This document shows, one piece after another, positions 37,184 through 46,832 of a stretch of DNA of 64,000 bases. The stretch is from Thermoplasmata archaeon. GTDB taxonomy: Archaea; Thermoplasmatota; Thermoplasmata; Lutacidiplasmatales; UBA184. Both the position numbers and the translations under genes were made by a program. The DNA lies in the NCBI GenBank assembly GCA_035933635.1, contig DASYYY010000005.1, positions 4 to 64,003 of the forward strand. Reading direction: 5' to 3'. The notes below the pieces were generated by a model. That model worked only from the letters and a program-made list of their open reading frames with translations. It had not been told where the DNA came from and did no database searches. The number at the start of each line of letters is the position of its first letter. Position 1 is the first letter of the stretch.

Positions 37184-38374
37184 CTACTTGTACGGGACGA
37201 ACTCCTTGCCGAGGAGTTCGCGGCCGAGGATGATCCGCATGATGTTGAGCCCGCCCTCAGCGCCGACCATGTAGGACATGATGCCGCGGAAGCCGAGCTC
37301 GAGGCCGATGTCCTTGGTGTACCCCGCCGCTCCGAACCACATCATCACGCGCTTGACCGTCTCGAAGGCGATCGGCGGCGCGGTGAGCTTGACCGAAGCG
37401 ACGGCCCGATCGACCTCGGAGCGGTGCGAGTCGTCCCCGCGCAGCGTATACCGGTCGAGCAGCCAGGCCGCCCGGCGGCACTGCCACTTGACCGCCTCGA
37501 CTTGGGTAAAGAGGTCCACGAGTTCGAACTGGATCGCCTCGAACTTGCCTAGCGGCTGCCCGAACGCCTCGCGCTCCTTGACGTAGGCCATCCCGATCTC
37601 GAGCGCGCGCTCGGCCGCCCCCACGCACGCCGCCGAGACGAACGTTCGCGCGACGGAGAAGCCCTCCATGGCGAGGTCGAACCCGCGGCCCTCGCTTCCC
37701 AGCAGGTACTTCTCCGGGACCCGGGCGTGGTCGTAGGTGATGGCACCGGTGGAGATGCCCATCCGACCCATGTTCGAGAACCGCTGGGTCGACAACCTCG
37801 GCGCCCGCGTCGGCACGTAGAGGAAGTTGAACCCGCGGCCCTCCCCCTTGGTCAGGGTGAGGTGACCGCCGCCGAGCTCCCGGGCCTCCTCGACGCCGGA
37901 GAGGAAGGCCTTCTCGCCGTGGACGACGAACTCGTGGCCATCGCGGCGGCTGGTGGTGCGCATGTGGGCCAGATCGCTGCCGCCGGTGGGCTCGGTCGTG
38001 GCGATGCCCAGGAACGCCTCTCCGCGGCAGACCGCCGGGAGCACCTCGCGCTTGGCCTCCTCGGTACCGTGACGGGCCAGGACCCAGCCCCAGCCGGCCT
38101 CGAGCAGGAAGAACACGGCCGTGGCCATCGAGAAGTCGCCGCGCCCGACCTCCTCGGCCGCCAGCTCGGTGAGCACGGCGGAGGCGCCCATTCCACCGTA
38201 CTCGGTCGGGACGGGCATCGCGAGCAACCCGAGGTGCGCCATCTCGGCGAGGACCTCCTTGGGGATCCGGCCCTCGGAATCGATCCGCCGCTCGTTGGGG
38301 CGGAGGACCGTGTCGCCGAACTTCCGGACCGCCTGCTGGAAGGCGCGCTCCTCGTCGCTGAGTTCGAAGTCCAT
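37184..38374 (-). CDS. Acyl-CoA dehydrogenase
   Basis: The 396-aa ACAD fold includes an FAD/substrate region (GIATTEPTGGSDLAHMRT) and a C-terminal catalytic base region. The in-frame upstream extension to 39886 was rejected because it overlaps the permease gene. Confidence 0.85.
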   Translation of the reverse strand: MDFELSDEERAFQQAVRKFGDTVLRPNERRIDSEGRIPKEVLAEMAHLGLLAMPVPTEYGGMGASAVLTELAAEEVGRGDFSMATAVFFLLEAGWGWVLARHGTEEAKREVLPAVCRGEAFLGIATTEPTGGSDLAHMRTTSRRDGHEFVVHGEKAFLSGVEEARELGGGHLTLTKGEGRGFNFLYVPTRAPRLSTQRFSNMGRMGISTGAITYDHARVPEKYLLGSEGRGFDLAMEGFSVARTFVSAACVGAAERALEIGMAYVKEREAFGQPLGKFEAIQFELVDLFTQVEAVKWQCRRAAWLLDRYTLRGDDSHRSEVDRAVASVKLTAPPIAFETVKRVMMWFGAAGYTKDIGLELGFRGIMSYMVGAEGGLNIMRIILGRELLGKEFVPYK

Positions 38375-38478
38375 GCGGCGTCGGGGAGGGAGGCCGGGAG
38401 TAATTCCCCTTTGCCGGAGGGGGCTCAGGGTCGCCCTGCGTCGCCCCCGGGGAGCCTTCGTCGTCGACCCCGCGGGGT

Positions 38479-39777
38479 TCAGATGCCGAAGTACAGCGCC
38501 GCGAACGTCACGCCCACGCAGATCGCCGTCATCGGTGCGCCGTGGCGGACAAACTCCTTCAGTCCCAAGCGCTCCCCCTGCCGCTCGGCCTGCTCGACGA
38601 TGATGAGGTTGCTCGCCGCGCCGAGGAAGGTGAGGTTGCCCGCGAGGGTGCTCATCGCCGCGAGCCCCAGCCACACCGTCGGCGTCGTCGCGGTGTAGCC
38701 GAGGTGGCTCAGGACCGGGATCTGCAATGCGACCCACGGAACGTTGCTGAACAGCTGCGGTCCGAGGAGGCTCGTGAGCGCGATCGCCGGTAGCGGGCTC
38801 GCTCCGGAGTGAGCGCCCGGGATCGGCAGCAACGACTCGAGCGACCCGACGACGCCGGAGGAGGTGGCCCCCGCCACGACCAAGAACAACCCTCCGAACA
38901 GGAGCATCAGCGTCCAGTTGACCCGCCGTACGAGCTCGACACGCCTCGACGACACCGCGAGGAGGACGGCCGCGCCGCCGAGCGCGACCAGGTAATCCGG
39001 TACCGCCTGGAACCCGAGAAGCTCGGCCGACAGATCGATCCCGACCATCGTGGCCATCGTCCCGCCAAAGACCCAGAGCGCGGGCAACCGCCGCAGGCGC
39101 GGCAGCCACCCGCCGCTCGGGAAGAGTGGGATCCTCGGGTAGCGCGCGTAGAGCGGCGAGGAAGAGTACTCGGCACGGAACGCGGCACGGAGATACCATC
39201 CCCCGAGGAGCAGGCACAGCACCGTAGGGACCAGCAGGTAGCGCAGGAACGTGGCGAAGGGGGCGGTGAACCCGCTCGAGAGCGCGACCAGCAGGTTCTG
39301 GGGATTCCCGATCGGGGTCGCCACGCTCCCGACGGTCACGGCGAACGCGAGCGTCAGTAGCAGCGGGGTCGGCGAGATGCCCAGGCGGCGGGAGACGAGG
39401 ATGAGGAGCGGCACACCGAGAAGGACCAGCGCGTCGTTGACGAGGAACGCCGAGAGCACCCCGAGCCCGAGGAAGAGCGCGAACGCCAGTTCCGGGAGGT
39501 CGCGGGAGCGTCCGATCAGCCAGTGCGCCAGATGCTCGATGGCCCCCGACTTCTCGAGACCCGCCGTCAGCACGAACAGTGCCAGCAGGAACAGAAGGAT
39601 GGGAACGGCCGCGTCGAGGGCTGCGGCCGCGGCGCCGAGCGGGAGTATTCCCGACCCGACGAACAGCCCACCACCGGCCAGGAAGACCGCCCATGCGGGC
39701 GGGCCCCGATGGAAGACCTGGGGCGCGAGGAGCGCCCCGTAGACCCCCACGAGAAGCAGCGCACCGGCCCACTCCAT
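38479..39777 (-). CDS. ArsB/NhaD-superfamily anion/ion permease
   Basis: A 432-aa protein with about 12 TM helices. The duplicated TPIGNPQNLL-type motif is typical of the ArsB/NhaD/CitMHS superfamily. Confidence 0.7.
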   Translation of the reverse strand: MEWAGALLLVGVYGALLAPQVFHRGPPAWAVFLAGGGLFVGSGILPLGAAAAALDAAVPILLFLLALFVLTAGLEKSGAIEHLAHWLIGRSRDLPELAFALFLGLGVLSAFLVNDALVLLGVPLLILVSRRLGISPTPLLLTLAFAVTVGSVATPIGNPQNLLVALSSGFTAPFATFLRYLLVPTVLCLLLGGWYLRAAFRAEYSSSPLYARYPRIPLFPSGGWLPRLRRLPALWVFGGTMATMVGIDLSAELLGFQAVPDYLVALGGAAVLLAVSSRRVELVRRVNWTLMLLFGGLFLVVAGATSSGVVGSLESLLPIPGAHSGASPLPAIALTSLLGPQLFSNVPWVALQIPVLSHLGYTATTPTVWLGLAAMSTLAGNLTFLGAASNLIIVEQAERQGERLGLKEFVRHGAPMTAICVGVTFAALYFGI

Positions 39778-39954
39778 CGTCGCGAGGATGCGGCCCGGCT
39801 TTTAGGAGCCCGGGCACGCCCGGGAGCGACCCAGACCGCCCGGACGATTCAGCGGGAGGGAGTCGCGAGGCTCGGTCGTAGACCATGGTCGGCAGGGCCG
39901 ACCTATTTTGGGGAAGTCATTTTGAGCCTCAGCCCACTCCCGCCACCTCCACCC

Positions 39955-41004
39955 ATGGTCGTCCGCGTCGCGGTCAACGGCTACGGAACGATCGGCAAGC
40001 GGGTCGCGGACGCTGTCGCCCGACAGCGCGACATGAAGCTCGTGGGCGTGACCAAGACCCGGCCTAGCTTCGAGGCGGAGATCGCCCGCCAACGTGGGTA
40101 CCCGCTCTTCGTCGGCGGAACCGGCCGCATCGAAGAGTTCCGCAGCGCCGGTCTCGAGGTCGCCGGGACCCTGACCGACCTGCTCGGGCAGGCCGATGTG
40201 GTGGTCGATTGCGCCCCCGAGAAGGTCGGCCGGGAGAATGCCAAGCTGTATCGCGACCTCAAGCTCCGATCGGTCTTCCAGGGCGGGGAGAAGGCCGACG
40301 TCGCCGAGCACTCGTTCAACGCGCTGGCGAACTATGCGCAGTGCCTCGGAGCCAACAGCCTGCGGGTCGTATCCTGCAACACCACCGGCCTCGCGCGCGC
40401 CGCGTCGGTGCTGCAGTCGCGCTGGGGCGTGGAACGTTGGGACGCGACGATCGTCCGTCGCGCCGGGGACCCGAGCGAATCCGATCGCGGCCCGATCAAC
40501 GGGATCCTGCCGACCTTCAAGCTCCCCAGCCACCACGGGCCCGACGTCCGGACGATCTACCCCGAGCTGGAGATCCGCACCACGGCGGTCGTCGTGCCCA
40601 CGACGCTCATGCATGTCCACGTCAACCAGGTCAAGCTCCGCAAGGCCCCCACGAACAGCGCCGACCTGGCCACCGCCTTCCGCTCCACCGCCCGCTTCCA
40701 CCTCTTTCGCGAATGGGAGAACGTCCAGGGGACCCCGCAGGTCATGGAGTTCGCCCGGGACCGAGGTGCCTCGGCGCGGCCCGACGTGATGGAGAATGTC
40801 CTCTGGGACCAGGGGATCCACGTCGACGGCACCGAAGCGACCTTCTTCCAGGCTATCCACCAGGAGTCGATCGTCGTCCCGGAGAACGTCGACGCGATCC
40901 GCGCGATGTTCAAGCTGGCCCCGGACGCCGCCAGCTCGATCGCGGTGACCGACCGGACCCTCGGGATCGGATCGCGTGGTGCGCCGGTCGCGGTCCCGGC
41001 CTAG
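39955..41004 (+). CDS. gap: Glyceraldehyde-3-phosphate dehydrogenase, archaeal type II
   Basis: The N-terminus is VRVAVNGYGTIGKRVA. The catalytic Cys region is VVSCNTTGL. The protein is 349 aa. Confidence 0.9.
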   Translation: MVVRVAVNGYGTIGKRVADAVARQRDMKLVGVTKTRPSFEAEIARQRGYPLFVGGTGRIEEFRSAGLEVAGTLTDLLGQADVVVDCAPEKVGRENAKLYRDLKLRSVFQGGEKADVAEHSFNALANYAQCLGANSLRVVSCNTTGLARAASVLQSRWGVERWDATIVRRAGDPSESDRGPINGILPTFKLPSHHGPDVRTIYPELEIRTTAVVVPTTLMHVHVNQVKLRKAPTNSADLATAFRSTARFHLFREWENVQGTPQVMEFARDRGASARPDVMENVLWDQGIHVDGTEATFFQAIHQESIVVPENVDAIRAMFKLAPDAASSIAVTDRTLGIGSRGAPVAVPA

Positions 41005-41034
41005 CCGCCCGGCGCACCGTGGCGGAGACACGGC

Positions 41035-41564
41035 GACGCGTGGGCGGCCCGAGCCGCGTGCTGAGCTTCACGGCGGAGATCCTCCAACGGGGCGTGAACC
41101 CCTTCGTTCCCGTGAGCCCGATCCGATCGCGACGCCTGCGCTCCGAAGGCCGGGGACCGTTACCGGTCCTCCTGCGCATCAACGGCGGTCCGACGAAGGC
41201 GTGGCGCACGAACCTGATGCCCGATGGCCACGGCGGCTTCCTGCTCTATCTCCACGGACCGGCCCGGCGCGGCGCCGGCGTCCGGGTCGGGGATCGTGTA
41301 CGGATCTCGATCGAACTCGACCGCCGCTATCGCGGCGGTCCCCAACACCGGATGCCGCCCACGCTCCGAGCGGGTCTCGCGCGCGTGCCGTCCGCGGCGC
41401 GCCACTGGTCGGCCCTGGTGCCGAGTCGCAAGAAGGAGGTCCTGCGCTACCTGGCCCGGCTCCGGGGATCGGAGGCCCGAGCGCGGAACATCGCATTGAC
41501 GCTCCGTGCTCTCTCCGGGGCGAGGGTCCGATTTCTCGGCCAGGAGTGGATCGACGGGCGGTGA
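41035..41564 (+). CDS. YdeI/OmpD-associated (DUF1905 plus DUF1801-like) protein
   Basis: The central block VLLRINGGPTKAWRTNLMPDGHGGFLLYL is followed by the C-terminal block WSALVPSRKKEVLRYLARLRGSEARARNI. The start is uncertain and may be a non-ATG codon. Confidence 0.5.
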
Positions 41565-41588
41565 GGGTGCATGCCCCGGCGATCCGCA

Positions 41589-42014
41589 CTAGGCGAGCGC
41601 GCGCTTGAGCAATGCGACAATCCGATCCTCGTCGGCCCGCGTCATGGCGGTGAGGGCGAACTCCGTCGGCCACATGCTCCCCTCGTCGAGCTTGGCCTCG
41701 TCGCTGAAGCCAAGGGTCGCGTAGCGTGTCTTGAACTTCTCAGCCGGCCGGAAGTAGAGGACGATGTCGTCGTCGTTGGAGTACGCCGGCATGCCGTACC
41801 ACGTTCGCGCGGCGAGTTGGGGCGCGTTCGCCTTGACCAGGGCGTGGAGCCGCTGACCGAGGGCGCGGTCGGAGGGATTCATCTCCTCGATCTTGGCCTG
41901 GACGTCCCGCTCACCTTCTTCGCGGGTGGCGCGCGCCTTCATCTCGCGGACCCGCTCCCGCATCGCGGCTTTCTCTTCGGCGCTGAACCCCTTGACGGGT
42001 TTCTTCGTCGGCAT
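41589..42014 (-). CDS. DUF1801 (YdhG-like) protein
   Basis: A 141-aa protein whose sequence GMPAYSNDDDIVLYFRPAEKF...DEGSMWPTEFAL is characteristic of the YdhG/DUF1801 fold. Confidence 0.6.
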   Translation of the reverse strand: MPTKKPVKGFSAEEKAAMRERVREMKARATREEGERDVQAKIEEMNPSDRALGQRLHALVKANAPQLAARTWYGMPAYSNDDDIVLYFRPAEKFKTRYATLGFSDEAKLDEGSMWPTEFALTAMTRADEDRIVALLKRALA

Positions 42015-42155
42015 GGTCGGAACTCACCCACCCCGCCGGTGCGATAGGCGTACCGTCCGGCTTCCACCGGGCTGGATCCGGTCGACGCCGAGATGACCCT
42101 CCGCCGACGCGACGTCCCGCGCGCCGGCCCCCGTCCGCTGGAGTCGCGACATGAT

Positions 42156-42641
42156 TCAGGCTCCCTCGGCGGGGGTCGTCCCCCGCACCAGCTCCTCGAG
42201 CTGCTTCCAGACCGACTGAGCCCCGGCGACGGCGCCGTACTGGACCATCATGTCCCGAGCTTCCTTCGAAACGCACAGACTCGTGAGCCGGACCGCGGTC
42301 TTCCCTCCCGTCTCCTTCAGGTCCACGGTGGCGCGGATCTCGTTCCCCATTCCTTCGACCTCGAACGTGTACACGAGGCGGGTCACGGGCCGGACCTCGA
42401 GATATTTTCCGACGAAGACAATCGTTTGGCCCTTGGGATCGCGTTGGACGAACCGGTACGCGCCACCGGGACGGACGTCCATCGCTTCGACGATGAATGT
42501 GCTGCCCTTCGGGCCCCACCACCGTGACAACAGCGCCGGGTCGGTGTAGGCGGCGAACACCCGCGCGGCCGGCGCATGGAAGGTGCGTTCGACGACGAAT
42601 TCGCGGTCGGTACTCCCTGGTTCCTCGGTTGGTGTGCTCAT
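42156..42641 (-). CDS. SRPBCC / AHSA1 (activator of Hsp90 ATPase)-like protein
   Basis: VERTFHAPAARVFAAYTDPALLSRWWGP is typical of the AHSA1/Polyketide_cyc2 family. The gene overlaps the upstream ArsR gene by 4 nt. Confidence 0.7.
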   Translation of the reverse strand: MSTPTEEPGSTDREFVVERTFHAPAARVFAAYTDPALLSRWWGPKGSTFIVEAMDVRPGGAYRFVQRDPKGQTIVFVGKYLEVRPVTRLVYTFEVEGMGNEIRATVDLKETGGKTAVRLTSLCVSKEARDMMVQYGAVAGAQSVWKQLEELVRGTTPAEGA

Positions 42642-43018
42642 GGTTGCTTTTCCTGATTCTTCTTCTTCGGCGACCGTTCGACGAGCTGGGCCAGGCGACC
42701 CAGGCGAACGGTCTCGTCGGCGAGGTACTTGCGGACCCACTCCTCGACACCGGCGAATCGCGCCGGTTCCACGGCGTAGACCCGTTGCTGAGCCCGTACG
42801 GTGACGCGTACCAGCCCGACCTCACGCAGGACCTTCAGATGCCGCGAGACACCGGGCTGGCTCAGGTGGGGGAATCGTGCACCGATCTCGCCGGCGTTCC
42901 GGGGTCCCCGCCACAAGAGGTCGAGGATCGATCGCCGCGTCGGGTCGGCAAGGGCGGCGAAGACACCCCCGGTCGGAGACCGCTCGTGCGAAGGTTCCCC
43001 GCCAGGCGCTCGAGACAT
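42638..43018 (-). CDS. ArsR/SmtB-family transcriptional regulator
   Basis: LADPTRRSILDLL...GEIGARFPHLSQPGVSRHLKVLREVGLV is the canonical ArsR HTH. It is first in an operon with the AHSA1-like gene. Confidence 0.8.
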   Translation of the reverse strand: MSRAPGGEPSHERSPTGGVFAALADPTRRSILDLLWRGPRNAGEIGARFPHLSQPGVSRHLKVLREVGLVRVTVRAQQRVYAVEPARFAGVEEWVRKYLADETVRLGRLAQLVERSPKKKNQEKQP

Positions 43019-43042
43019 GAGTCTCCCCTAGGTACTGCATAT

Positions 43043-43050
43043 TATTCAAT
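43043..43050 (-). promoter_or_regulatory. Candidate archaeal TATA box for the ArsR-AHSA1 operon, within a rare AT-rich island (43021..43062)
   Basis: Read on the minus strand, TTATATAA sits about 35-42 nt upstream of the ArsR ATG. The surrounding sequence attattcaatgattatataacgtgtaagtaac is strongly AT-rich against a background of roughly 68% GC. It could equally serve the divergent response-regulator gene. Confidence 0.3.
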
Positions 43051-43207
43051 GATTATATAACGTGTAAGTAACACAGGGCCCTCCGTAGGCAGACTCCCGG
43101 GTTCCAGCCTGGTTTTCGGGATTCCCGGGCGGGTGAACCGCCGGGGGCGACCCCCGAGTTAGCGTGTGTCCGAACGGCTGAAAGCCCACCCCGGGTAGCA
43201 ACTCCCG

Positions 43208-43672
43208 ATGCCCGAGGAGGATCCGCCGATCCGGCTGTTGCTGATCGAGGATGACGAAGCGGACCTACGCCTCCTGGAGGAGACCCTCAAGGAGATCCCC
43301 GCGAACTTTCGCCTGGAGTATGCTTCGACCGGTGCCGAGGCGCTGCGCCGACTCGATATCTCCGGTCCTTCCGAGCAGCTTCCGGAGGTCGTGCTCCTCG
43401 ACCTCAACCTGCCCGGACTGGACGGACGCAAGGTCCTCGCACATCTCCGTGAGGTCCCCCAGCTCGCGGCACTGCCCGTCGTCGTGATCACCGCCTCTCC
43501 CGCGGACGTGGACGTGCTCACCGCCTTCGACCTGAGAGCCCAGGGCTATCTGCGGAAACCGGTCGAAGCTCCGAGCCTGCATTCGGTGCTCAGCCGGGTT
43601 TCCAGTCGGGTCCCTCCCCCGCCCGGCGAACCACCGCGGAGCCCCCCCCCGAAGTCGCGGGCGGTTTCCTAG
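43208..43672 (+). CDS. Stand-alone response regulator receiver (CheY-like)
   Basis: It has the acidic pocket (LLLIEDDEAD), the phospho-acceptor Asp in VVLLDLNLPGLDG, and the conserved Thr/Lys (VVVITAS...LRKP). Confidence 0.8.
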   Translation: MPEEDPPIRLLLIEDDEADLRLLEETLKEIPANFRLEYASTGAEALRRLDISGPSEQLPEVVLLDLNLPGLDGRKVLAHLREVPQLAALPVVVITASPADVDVLTAFDLRAQGYLRKPVEAPSLHSVLSRVSSRVPPPPGEPPRSPPPKSRAVS

Positions 43673-45945
43673 GTGGGGGGTCCCGCCGGCGGGACCGCGG
43701 GCACCGAGAACCAGAACGTGGTGCCGTCGCCCGGGCGGCCCGTGCTTTCGACACCGATCTGCCCGTGATGCGCCTCGACGATCTTCTTGCAGATCGCCAG
43801 TCCCATCCCGTTCCCGGCGTACTCCTGGCGTGTGTGGAGCCGTCGGAACACATCGAAGATCTGTCCTTGGAACTCGGGGGGGATGCCGATGCCGTTGTCG
43901 CAGACCGAGAAGCGGAACCCCACCGCACCGGGGTCGGCCCGCACGCGGACGACGGGTCCGACATGGTCTCGGAACTTGATCGCGTTCGATAGGAGGTTCT
44001 GCCAGAGTCGCACCATGTCTTCCTTCCGACCGAGCACGGCCGGGAGGGGGGTTTCCCGACGGACCTCGGCCCGGCTCTCGTCCAGCGCCCGACGCAGCCG
44101 TTCGAGCGCCTCGTCGACGGCGGCTTCCATCGAGACCTCCTGGGGCGGGTCGCGGCCGGTGCCCATTCGACCCAGGTCGAGCAGGTCGTCGATGAGCGTC
44201 CGCATCCGGGCGGTGGAGCTCCGGAGCTGGCGCAGGTACTCGGTCGCCTGCGGGTCGAGCTGCCCGGCGCAGCGCTGGTCGAGCAGGCGACCGTACCCTT
44301 CGATGGTTCCGAGCGGCTCTTGGAGGTCGTGCGAGGCCACGTAGGCGAACTGCGCCAGGTCGCGGTTGGAGCGTACGAGCTCGTCCTGACCCGCCTTGAG
44401 CTCGCGGAGGATCTGCTCCCGGTCCGTGACGTCGATCATGACGCCCACGATCTGCCGGCGGGACCGGTCCTCCGAGGTGAGGACGCGGGCGGCGGTCTCG
44501 ACGTAGTGGACCTCCCCGTTCGGCCAGAGGATTCGGAGCTTCTGGAAGGGCAGCTCCTCCATCGTCTCGGCCGAGCGCAGATACTCCTCGAGCCGCTGCC
44601 GGGACGCCACGCGGTCGGTCGGGTGCACGCCCGCGAACGCCTGCTCCAACGTCAAGGGCGGTCGCTCGCTGCCGAAGCCGAAGATGTGGTACATCTCGTC
44701 CGACCAGGACACCCGGCGCGTAGCCACGTCGAGCTCCCAGGTCCCGACGTGGCCGACCGACTGCGCCGTGTCGAGCGCGGCGGTGCGTTCCCGTACCCTC
44801 TGCTCGAGCGTGCTCCGGCTCTCTTCCAGCTCGTCGGTCAGGCGGCCGCGCTGGTAGCGCTCCGCACCGACCAGCAGGCCGGTGAGGGCGACCGAACCGA
44901 CGAACAGCTGGACGGCGACCAGCGCTTCCGGTCGCGGGAGCTTGGCGAAGGCCCCCACGCCACCCAGCGTCGCGCCGAGCGCGATCGCGTTGCACGCGAC
45001 CGCGAATCCGGCCGCGCCGAGCCGACCGAAGCGGAAGGCGGCCCAGACGAGCAACGGGAGCAATAGGAAGATGATGCCCGCGGGTGCGCCGTTGACGAAC
45101 ACCGCCGACGGCGGGTAGAAGACCAGGTCGAACGCCACCGCGGTCGCCACCCCGAGCGCCAGCAGCTCGATCGCGGCGTTCCGACGAGGCCGTGCCCAGC
45201 GCCGGTCGCGGAACGCCGAGAGGGCGAGGAAGATCAGTAGCCCGACCTCGATGCCTCCCACGGAATCGCCGATCCACCAGATTGCCCACAGGGTCGGGAA
45301 GGCCGAGACGCGGGCGTGGCCCAGCGCGGCGAGGGCCGAATTACCCACGAACGCCGAGATGGCCGCCGCGGGGAGGACCGCGAGCGTCGAGAAGGCGAGC
45401 ACCGATTCCGGGGAGTCCGCCGCGGCCGGCCCGCCCGCGAACCGGAGGGCCAGATAGGCGCCGACGAGCCCCTCGAGCACGTTGCCCCCGGCGATGGCGA
45501 GCGAGCTGAGCGGGTCGCCGGTGACCGAGATGTTGTAGACGAACGCGCCGACGGCGATGGCCGGCCAGTAGCGATAGCCGACCAGGACGAGCCCGGCGAT
45601 CGCGATACCGGTCGCGGGCCATACCGCCGAGACGCTCGAATTCGGAAAGGCGATCAGGAGGCCGGCACGACCCGCGACGAAGTACGTCAGGGCGAAGGTC
45701 GAGAGGATGAGGAGCGAGCGCGCGTCGTACCGGGGCCATAGGCCGGGCCTCGGCTCCGTTGGGCTCGGTTCGGGCTCCCGCCCCGCGACGGACAAAGGGA
45801 GTTCCTCGACAGGGGCCCGCAGCCCTTCACCCCTCAAAATGGACGCGAAGGTCGACCGACCGCGACCCGCCGCCATGGCGCGAGCGGGGAGCTGTCCGAA
45901 CGGCGGGACCGGTTCGGTTTGGATTCGCCGCCCCCGAAATGGCAA
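43669..45945 (-). CDS. Sensor histidine kinase with an N-terminal multi-TM (MASE1-like) domain and a PAS domain
   Basis: About 8 TM helices are followed by PAS, then HisKA (FAYVASHDLQEPL), then HATPase_c (N-box LLSNAIKF, G-boxes DNGIGI and GNGMGL). It is convergent with the receiver gene. Confidence 0.8.
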   Translation of the reverse strand: MPFRGRRIQTEPVPPFGQLPARAMAAGRGRSTFASILRGEGLRAPVEELPLSVAGREPEPSPTEPRPGLWPRYDARSLLILSTFALTYFVAGRAGLLIAFPNSSVSAVWPATGIAIAGLVLVGYRYWPAIAVGAFVYNISVTGDPLSSLAIAGGNVLEGLVGAYLALRFAGGPAAADSPESVLAFSTLAVLPAAAISAFVGNSALAALGHARVSAFPTLWAIWWIGDSVGGIEVGLLIFLALSAFRDRRWARPRRNAAIELLALGVATAVAFDLVFYPPSAVFVNGAPAGIIFLLLPLLVWAAFRFGRLGAAGFAVACNAIALGATLGGVGAFAKLPRPEALVAVQLFVGSVALTGLLVGAERYQRGRLTDELEESRSTLEQRVRERTAALDTAQSVGHVGTWELDVATRRVSWSDEMYHIFGFGSERPPLTLEQAFAGVHPTDRVASRQRLEEYLRSAETMEELPFQKLRILWPNGEVHYVETAARVLTSEDRSRRQIVGVMIDVTDREQILRELKAGQDELVRSNRDLAQFAYVASHDLQEPLGTIEGYGRLLDQRCAGQLDPQATEYLRQLRSSTARMRTLIDDLLDLGRMGTGRDPPQEVSMEAAVDEALERLRRALDESRAEVRRETPLPAVLGRKEDMVRLWQNLLSNAIKFRDHVGPVVRVRADPGAVGFRFSVCDNGIGIPPEFQGQIFDVFRRLHTRQEYAGNGMGLAICKKIVEAHHGQIGVESTGRPGDGTTFWFSVPAVPPAGPPT

Positions 45946-45978
45946 GAATCAAATACATCGTCAAGGTCCGCGCGCCGA

Positions 45979-46638
45979 ATGTATCACATTGATCACCGAC
46001 GCGACGTCGTGCGCATCCCCCCCGAGCGCCTCGGGCTCCGCCTCGAGACGGTCTTGCCCGAGCTGGCCCAGCAGCAGTTCGAGGGTAAGCTCGTCGACGC
46101 CCAGAACCTGACCGTGATGATCCGCGACGTCACCCCGATCGGCGAGGGCCACATCATCCACGGCGACGGCGGCGTCTACCAGGAGGTCGACTACAGCGCG
46201 CTCCTGTTCCGCCCCGAGATCCAGGAGGTCGTCGAGGGCAACGTCGTCGAGATCCGCAAGTTCGGTGCCTTCGTCCGATTCGGTCCGCTGGACGGGCTGC
46301 TCCACGTCTCCCAGATCATGGACGACCGGGTGAACATCGATGAGCACAACCAGCGGCTCGTCGGCGTCGAAACCAAGAAGGACCTCAAGGTCGGCTACAA
46401 GGTCCGCGCCCGGGTCGTCTCGCTCTCCCTCTCGGAGATCTCCCCCCGCGACAGCCGCATCGGCCTGACGATGCGCCAGCCCGGTCTCGGCCGCCTGGAA
46501 TGGATCCAGGAGGCGCACAAGAAGGCCGAGGAGAAGACCGGCAAGAAGCCCGAGCGGCCCGGCGGCAAGAAGGAGCCCGCCCGGCCGGCGGCTGCCGCCG
46601 GCAAGCCCGCCGCCGGCGCCAAGCCCGCCGCGGCGTGA
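45979..46638 (+). CDS. rpoE: DNA-directed RNA polymerase subunit E' (Rpo7) with a Lys/Ala/Pro-rich C-terminal tail
   Basis: An Rpb7-like N-domain and an S1 domain (VVEGNVVEIRKFGAFVRFGPLDGLLHVSQI) are followed by the tail KKAEEKTGKKPERPGGKKEPARPAAAAGKPAAGAKPAAA. Confidence 0.85.
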   Translation: MYHIDHRRDVVRIPPERLGLRLETVLPELAQQQFEGKLVDAQNLTVMIRDVTPIGEGHIIHGDGGVYQEVDYSALLFRPEIQEVVEGNVVEIRKFGAFVRFGPLDGLLHVSQIMDDRVNIDEHNQRLVGVETKKDLKVGYKVRARVVSLSLSEISPRDSRIGLTMRQPGLGRLEWIQEAHKKAEEKTGKKPERPGGKKEPARPAAAAGKPAAGAKPAAA

Positions 46639-46646
46639 GGTGAGCC

Positions 46647-46832
46647 GTGATCAATCTCAAGGCGTGCAAGAACTGCAACACCATCACTGAGGCGAACAAG
46701 TGTCCCCGCTGCGGCGGGGAGACCTCCCGGGAGTGGCAGGGCTACCTCATCGTGATCGACCCCGAGAAGTCCGAGATCGCCCGGAAGATGGGCATCCATG
46801 CCGCGGGCCGCTACGCGCTCCGGGTCAAGTGA
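46647..46832 (+). CDS. spt4: Transcription elongation factor Spt4 / RNAP subunit E''
   Basis: A 61-aa protein with a four-Cys zinc ribbon (CKNC...CPRCG) and the motif GYLIVIDPEKSEIA. Confidence 0.8.
   Translation: MINLKACKNCNTITEANKCPRCGGETSREWQGYLIVIDPEKSEIARKMGIHAAGRYALRVK

Noticed and set aside
37184-39886. A 900-aa ORF fusing the acyl-CoA dehydrogenase with upstream sequence.
   Set aside because: ACAD homology begins at MDFELSDEE (start 38374). The upstream part is low-complexity and overlaps the ArsB/NhaD permease gene on the same strand in a different frame.
39778-39954. The palindromic GCCCGGGCACGCCCGGG element upstream of gap, considered as a regulatory inverted repeat.
   Set aside because: Short GC palindromes like this occur frequently by chance in roughly 68% GC DNA. 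There is no second copy or AT-rich promoter context to support a functional call.
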